Positions 58,996 through 64,000 of a stretch of 64,000 nt of DNA are shown piece after piece. The DNA is taken from NCBI GenBank assembly GCA_040954595.2, contig CM082592.2, positions 8,915,677-8,979,676 of the forward strand, written 5' to 3'. A program made the position numbers and the translations under genes. This stretch comes from Balanoglossus misakiensis. Lineage: Eukaryota; Animalia; Hemichordata. A model generated the notes under the pieces. The model saw only the letters and a list, made by a program, of their open reading frames with translations, did not search any database and was not told the origin of the DNA. Position 1 is the stretch's first letter; every line of letters begins with the position of its first letter.

Positions 58996-61900
58996 ATTAC
59001 AACACAAGATGGTTGAACTTGATTGATGAAAATACATTGCTGGGATTAAACCGTGACATACAAGCGACAAGAGAGTCAGAATCGATCAGCACTTTGCAAA
59101 AATCACGTCAAGGTCATTAACACCATCACCAAAATGCAGATATTGCTGCTGCAAAATTATATATTCGCTGCGTTCGACAAAATCTGATTAAATTTTATCA
59201 GAGAAGACTACTTCATGTTGAAGAGGCATGTACGAGGGGACAGATTTCCTGATTATCTTTTGCGTACTGTCAGTACTTTCGTTTTCCTACAACGGTCTTC
59301 AAACTGGTTTACAAGTGAAAAGCACAGGATTCATCTGTGTAACTCTGGTTCTAATCTATGAAGCTGAGCTGCACGTCATCCCTAACAGCCGGTTATTTTT
59401 AACCCCTTTTTTTTCGTCTTCCGTAACTTGATTGCTAGAAGACGCACATGATTCTCTCCGACTCCTGAAACTATTCAAACACTGACGCAGTGCCGCGGCC
59501 ATAACAAGCTGCTCAAGAGCCCGTTACCATGGCGGCAAATTGTCAGGGAAACATGAAAACCAGCAAATGGGGGGATAATATTCAGATAGAGAGGAAAAGC
59601 TGAATTTTCTTCTCGGGGATGGCCTGACACTCTGTATAACAGGTTTCACATCCTCAAAAATGGAATACTAAGAGTCTCTTTTCACATGGTGTGCGCTATT
59701 GTCGGTTCCACACTTAAAAACTGGGTAATATAAATAACTCTTCTGTTCAGAGTTAAATCCATCAGCGTAACTACACAACGTGAGCACACTGAATGGTTGG
59801 TATTGATCAGTGTAAATGGTCATAATGACTTCTGAAGGCAGGCTCTGGCTTAAACGCTAGCTGTCTCAACCGAATCGTGCAGTCTCATAAGACCAAAGCA
59901 ACGCGACACCACGAGGATTAATCAGATTTTCCAGGTGATATGGTGAGTGTTTTTATCCCGGTTGACTCCAGTGAAAAAAAAAAAAACACCACCAACCTGA
60001 TGCAGTGTGGATCGTGAAGATAGAGGATTCCTACATGTGTATAACCGTAACGTCCCCAGCTTGGTAGAGTAACAACTTGTCACGGTTATTCAACTTAAAA
60101 AAAAATTATATATATTTTTACCTGTTTTTCGGCAAGGTGCCGCGTTCAGAGCCATGCAGCCCCCAAAATCTGCAATGTTCGGTCGGTGAAGGATGAATTA
60201 ATGATACGAGACCACCCGCCTCTCTTTCCCTTGCCTGTGTTTTGAAAACGGTGAGGTCGCTTGGATAGCCAGTCCCCTAAGCAGCAATGGATCTTTGCGT
60301 AAAGCTCGGTCGAAATTCATCAATTTTTCAATTGGACGTCATTCAATTCTCACACAGCAATTATTCGCACTGTGTCTGCTCTCAAGAACATTCATGGCAC
60401 GATATTTGTCAAAGCTTTGAGAAAGCTCAACAGACTGGACCATTTTATTCAGGGGGAGAGGACAGTTCCCTATTTTAAAGGATGTGGAAACAGAACCGAG
60501 GAGTGGAATGTGGTACTTCTCAATTTCTAAAGATATTAAAAGGAAGCCCATTGACCCAAACCCGATCAAAAATAAATATTACATTTATATCGATAATGTA
60601 GCGCCTTATTTTTAAATTTCAACATTTCTGAACTGTGTAATTTAAGGGAAATAGTTCTTGATTCTATAAAAATCATCTCATCTAAAATTGAAGCTGTAGG
60701 AAAATATAAAATCTGACTTGTATACATTTTGAAATTGTACAATGTATTTTGTTTTATATTATGACAACAGTATAATAATGATGTTGCTATTAAAATATAT
60801 GTGACTGGATAATTTTTTTATAATCAACACTTTGACAATGCCCGACAATTAAATCTATCTCCAGTCCCTCTGAAAGGCAGCTGCCATGCCACCCCTAACC
60901 AGACCGAAATGGAATGCGCCCCGATTACTGCAACAATCAGTGGATGGTCTAATGGTATCCATGTATACCAGCCAACAAGATAAAGCTCAGTGAGTGATGC
61001 CGCATTCTGGCAATGCATTCATTCACACGAGTCACTTAAACGCATCCATCCCTCAGACAAAACAACCGGCTTTAGAGCCAATTACTCCAGCGACCTTGGC
61101 TCATTCCAACATTGACCAACGCAGAAGAGGCTTCCCAAAGATATCAGGGAAAACTAATAAAAAAAATCAGGATTAATCCAGTCCGTAATGAAGCACCAAT
61201 CACTATGGAAGGCCGGTCCAATTCCTACAATAGCCGCAACTGGGAATTGATATGTTTAAAGTATTAAGATGTATTGATTGTTACAAAACAAATCCTATTA
61301 AGAGGAGCTTCAGCAAATTACAAATTTAAACATCAATAATGGTACAACTAGTTTTTTTATTCTAGGATAAGTCATAGACCCTTGAGGATCACTGGATAAA
61401 TGAAGGAATACACGAGAAAGGAAAATGAAACAATAATAAAGCCTCAACGTTTTATAAACAATTTTTTTGGCCTCCGTAATTTTACTTCTCTGGGGCCTGC
61501 TGCCACACCAGCGATGAAGAGAACCACACACCCCAATTCTGGCTGCCTTAAATAGGTTTACACTTTGCGCTAGGAGGTCAAATCACATTATAAAAATTGC
61601 ATTCTGGGTAAAAGGTCGACAACACAACAGAAAGTAACAACATAATCATCTCCCAAAATGAGGGAAAGTCTGTTGAAACCAAAAATGTTACATGGATCAT
61701 GCCAACAATACACTATGAACTTCAGTTTTACTGACGTCAGAGACTCAAGCCCAAGGCAAAACAAATCTCCTTTTTATACTTTTTAAGCTCACGCATATAC
61801 CGTTATTTTGAGGAAGGTTTTACTTGACGTCAGCTTTGTCAACCCAAAGGGGGGAAAAGTCTAATCATTGTGTTTATGTTTCACGACCGGTTATTTTTGG

Positions 61901-64000
61901 ACGACGAGTGGTGGGATAGACAGTATCTTGTCCTTTGGGTAAACAGCGGAGCAGATCATTCCGCTCGTGCCCACACAGGGATAACGTAGCTAATTACTTG
62001 ATACACACGGATGGAAGTGGGAATATTTTTGGGGCTCTGGGGATATTGAGGAACTATAATTTGATGTTTTTGAGAAACATTTTTATTTATAACATTGAAT
62101 GGGGGAGGAGCTAGGGGAGCCGCATTTGTTGAAAAAATAACTTTGATAGTACGACACCAACCCCAAGGTTGTTGGAGGCGTTATTTTTATCAACAAAGTA
62201 TAAGTTGAGTTGTGACAACCTCTCATTGCGCGAACAGAACATCATCAGGAAGGTCATTCACTCATGCAAGTAGTTATGATTGACACCACAACTTTTTAGA
62301 TGCACGTAGTTCTAAACCCTACCCTCCATCCCAAATGTTTGACCACAAATCTCCTGTGTCGTCTACGCACCCTCCCCCTCCAGTCCCTCATTTTCATACT
62401 GCACACAAATTTCTCCTGATGGAGGCTGGCACTCAAGCAAACCAGAAGGACATATACAAACGCAGAAACCTTTAAAAGTATTAACAATTCCACAGATACC
62501 ACTTAACAGCTGCCTGGACAATTTCACATCATCCACTTCAAATATCAAAGTATGTCAATCTGGATTATTATAATGGATGTTCCCTAACGCAGCTATATCT
62601 GGCATTTCATACCGTATCATGAAAAGTATGCCAAATATGCAAACATTTGCTTTTGGCGATAACACTTTCGCCTATACGGGATCATCAATCTTAAGAAAAA
62701 GATTAAAAAAATAATAATGTCAAGGCTACTGTACTCTCATTTGATACGTTCAACTGTGAAATGTACTTAAAGAAAATATGGAGCCTAATAGCATGAGATA
62801 TCAATGTGATATCACAACTATGTATACATTAGAAAGTCAGCTCAGTTATAAACCTTTCACCCAAGAATTTTCAATGATAAATCATTCAGAAAGCATGAAA
62901 CTCTTTTTTTTTCTGAGGTCACTGGCATTTGTATCTCGTATGTACTAGCTGTGGTCCATAACAGAAAAGACTTTATCATAACATAAAACATTGAAGACTC
63001 TTTGAAGATATTACAGAAGACCATGCTCACAGAATACGGCCGTCCAAAAACACTTACGAAAGCACACAGTCAGTGCTCTAGACAGAAGTATTCATTACAA
63101 AAGAAGGGAATTATATAAAATATACTTCTTTCAAGCAATCAATTGCTTTTACACAGATTGGTAACTTTACCCCCTGACATTTAGACAATTTTTTTTCTTT
63201 CAAGAACCCTGCCGAGTGTTTCTCTATTATCGTACTTCATTTTCTGATTTTAACTGATTGACATACATGTGGCAGTAGATGTTACCACGGTAACTCTCCC
63301 TTGTAATGTGCTCTGATTACTTTTCAATTTTAGATGGCGGATATTAATTGTCCTCCCAGGGCCCATGGATAACAAATTATCCGGCATCGCTGTCCGCACA
63401 CTCCAGCAGGAAAGATTGAAGCCAGTGACAGGCACCTGGTCAAAGGCAGGCCTATCCCCAAATGCCCAAAGAGAGTCAGACATGGCATGATGGCCAACAC
63501 TGGGAAAATGATTTTGATAAACGAGGGAAAATTATTTTATCTCGCCTTCCCAAGCAGAAGATCAAGAAGAAAATATGTTATTGATCAACGTTGTGAAGAA
63601 AATCCTTGCACTTCAAGCCCACAAAATAAACATGGCAAGAACAGTGGTATATTTAATGAAAGCCGGGAAACGTGATAGTTTTAAAAGGATTCACAGACTT
63701 GCGTGTTTCCTGTATTAACCTCAGACAATGGACAATATTGATGTTCTGTATGTGGTGTGTTATATTCATTTCCCTCATGTCATCAATTTCATTGACGTTA
63801 TTTATAAGTAATAGCTGGATATATTATAATAGGGTTACTTTTAATATACAGCTGTCATGAGAATCGCTCACGGATTCTATTGTAGCTGTCACTGTGTAGA
63901 AATATCAGATTCAGTTTTAAATTTTGTCTGCCTGTCAGGGTTATGATGGCCTTTTTTCACTTTATGTTGTGTGTATTATTATTATTATTATGGAATTTCA

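Noticed and set aside
37400-64000. Many 60-170 aa ORFs in the track
   Set aside because: Random intronic ORFs with no recognisable domains, transposase or reverse transcriptase motifs.
1-64000. CRISPR array, operon or prokaryotic defence system
   Set aside because: The sequence is spliceosomal-intron eukaryotic DNA; no repeat-spacer periodicity was seen.

Overview
This is AT-rich, intron-rich animal genomic DNA; an invertebrate deuterostome-like source is my inference. It holds two convergent spliced genes, both truncated at their 5' ends. (1) On the + strand, 99-5787 is the 3' part of a Tectonic-2-like ciliary transition-zone gene: 12 phase-consistent GT-AG exons encoding about 1,100 aa in the window. 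It has an unusually long N-terminal extracellular region, Thr/Pro mucin-like inserts and a C-terminal TM helix. (2) On the - strand, 49537 to 10955 is a RIMS-binding protein gene (RIMBP2/RIM-BP; coiled coil, SH3-I, 3x FN3, SH3-II, SH3-III) built from about 28 phase-consistent exons (~1,620 aa), with a ~3 kb 3'UTR. I found no confident coding exon between 49.5 and 64 kb. The most interesting signal is a candidate alternative-splicing programme in RIM-BP that the ORF track misses: a 24-nt microexon resembling a 51-nt exon, a 45-nt His/Arg cassette, a frame-shifting 17-nt microexon, candidate alternative first/last exons and many sense-strand TGCATG (Rbfox) motifs. Also present are a TTAA-flanked MITE family, a nested-palindrome hairpin, microsatellites and a 68-bp tandem duplication. 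I saw no prokaryotic-type system, CRISPR array or RNA gene. All exon calls were made by hand from splice signals and frame, without transcript data.
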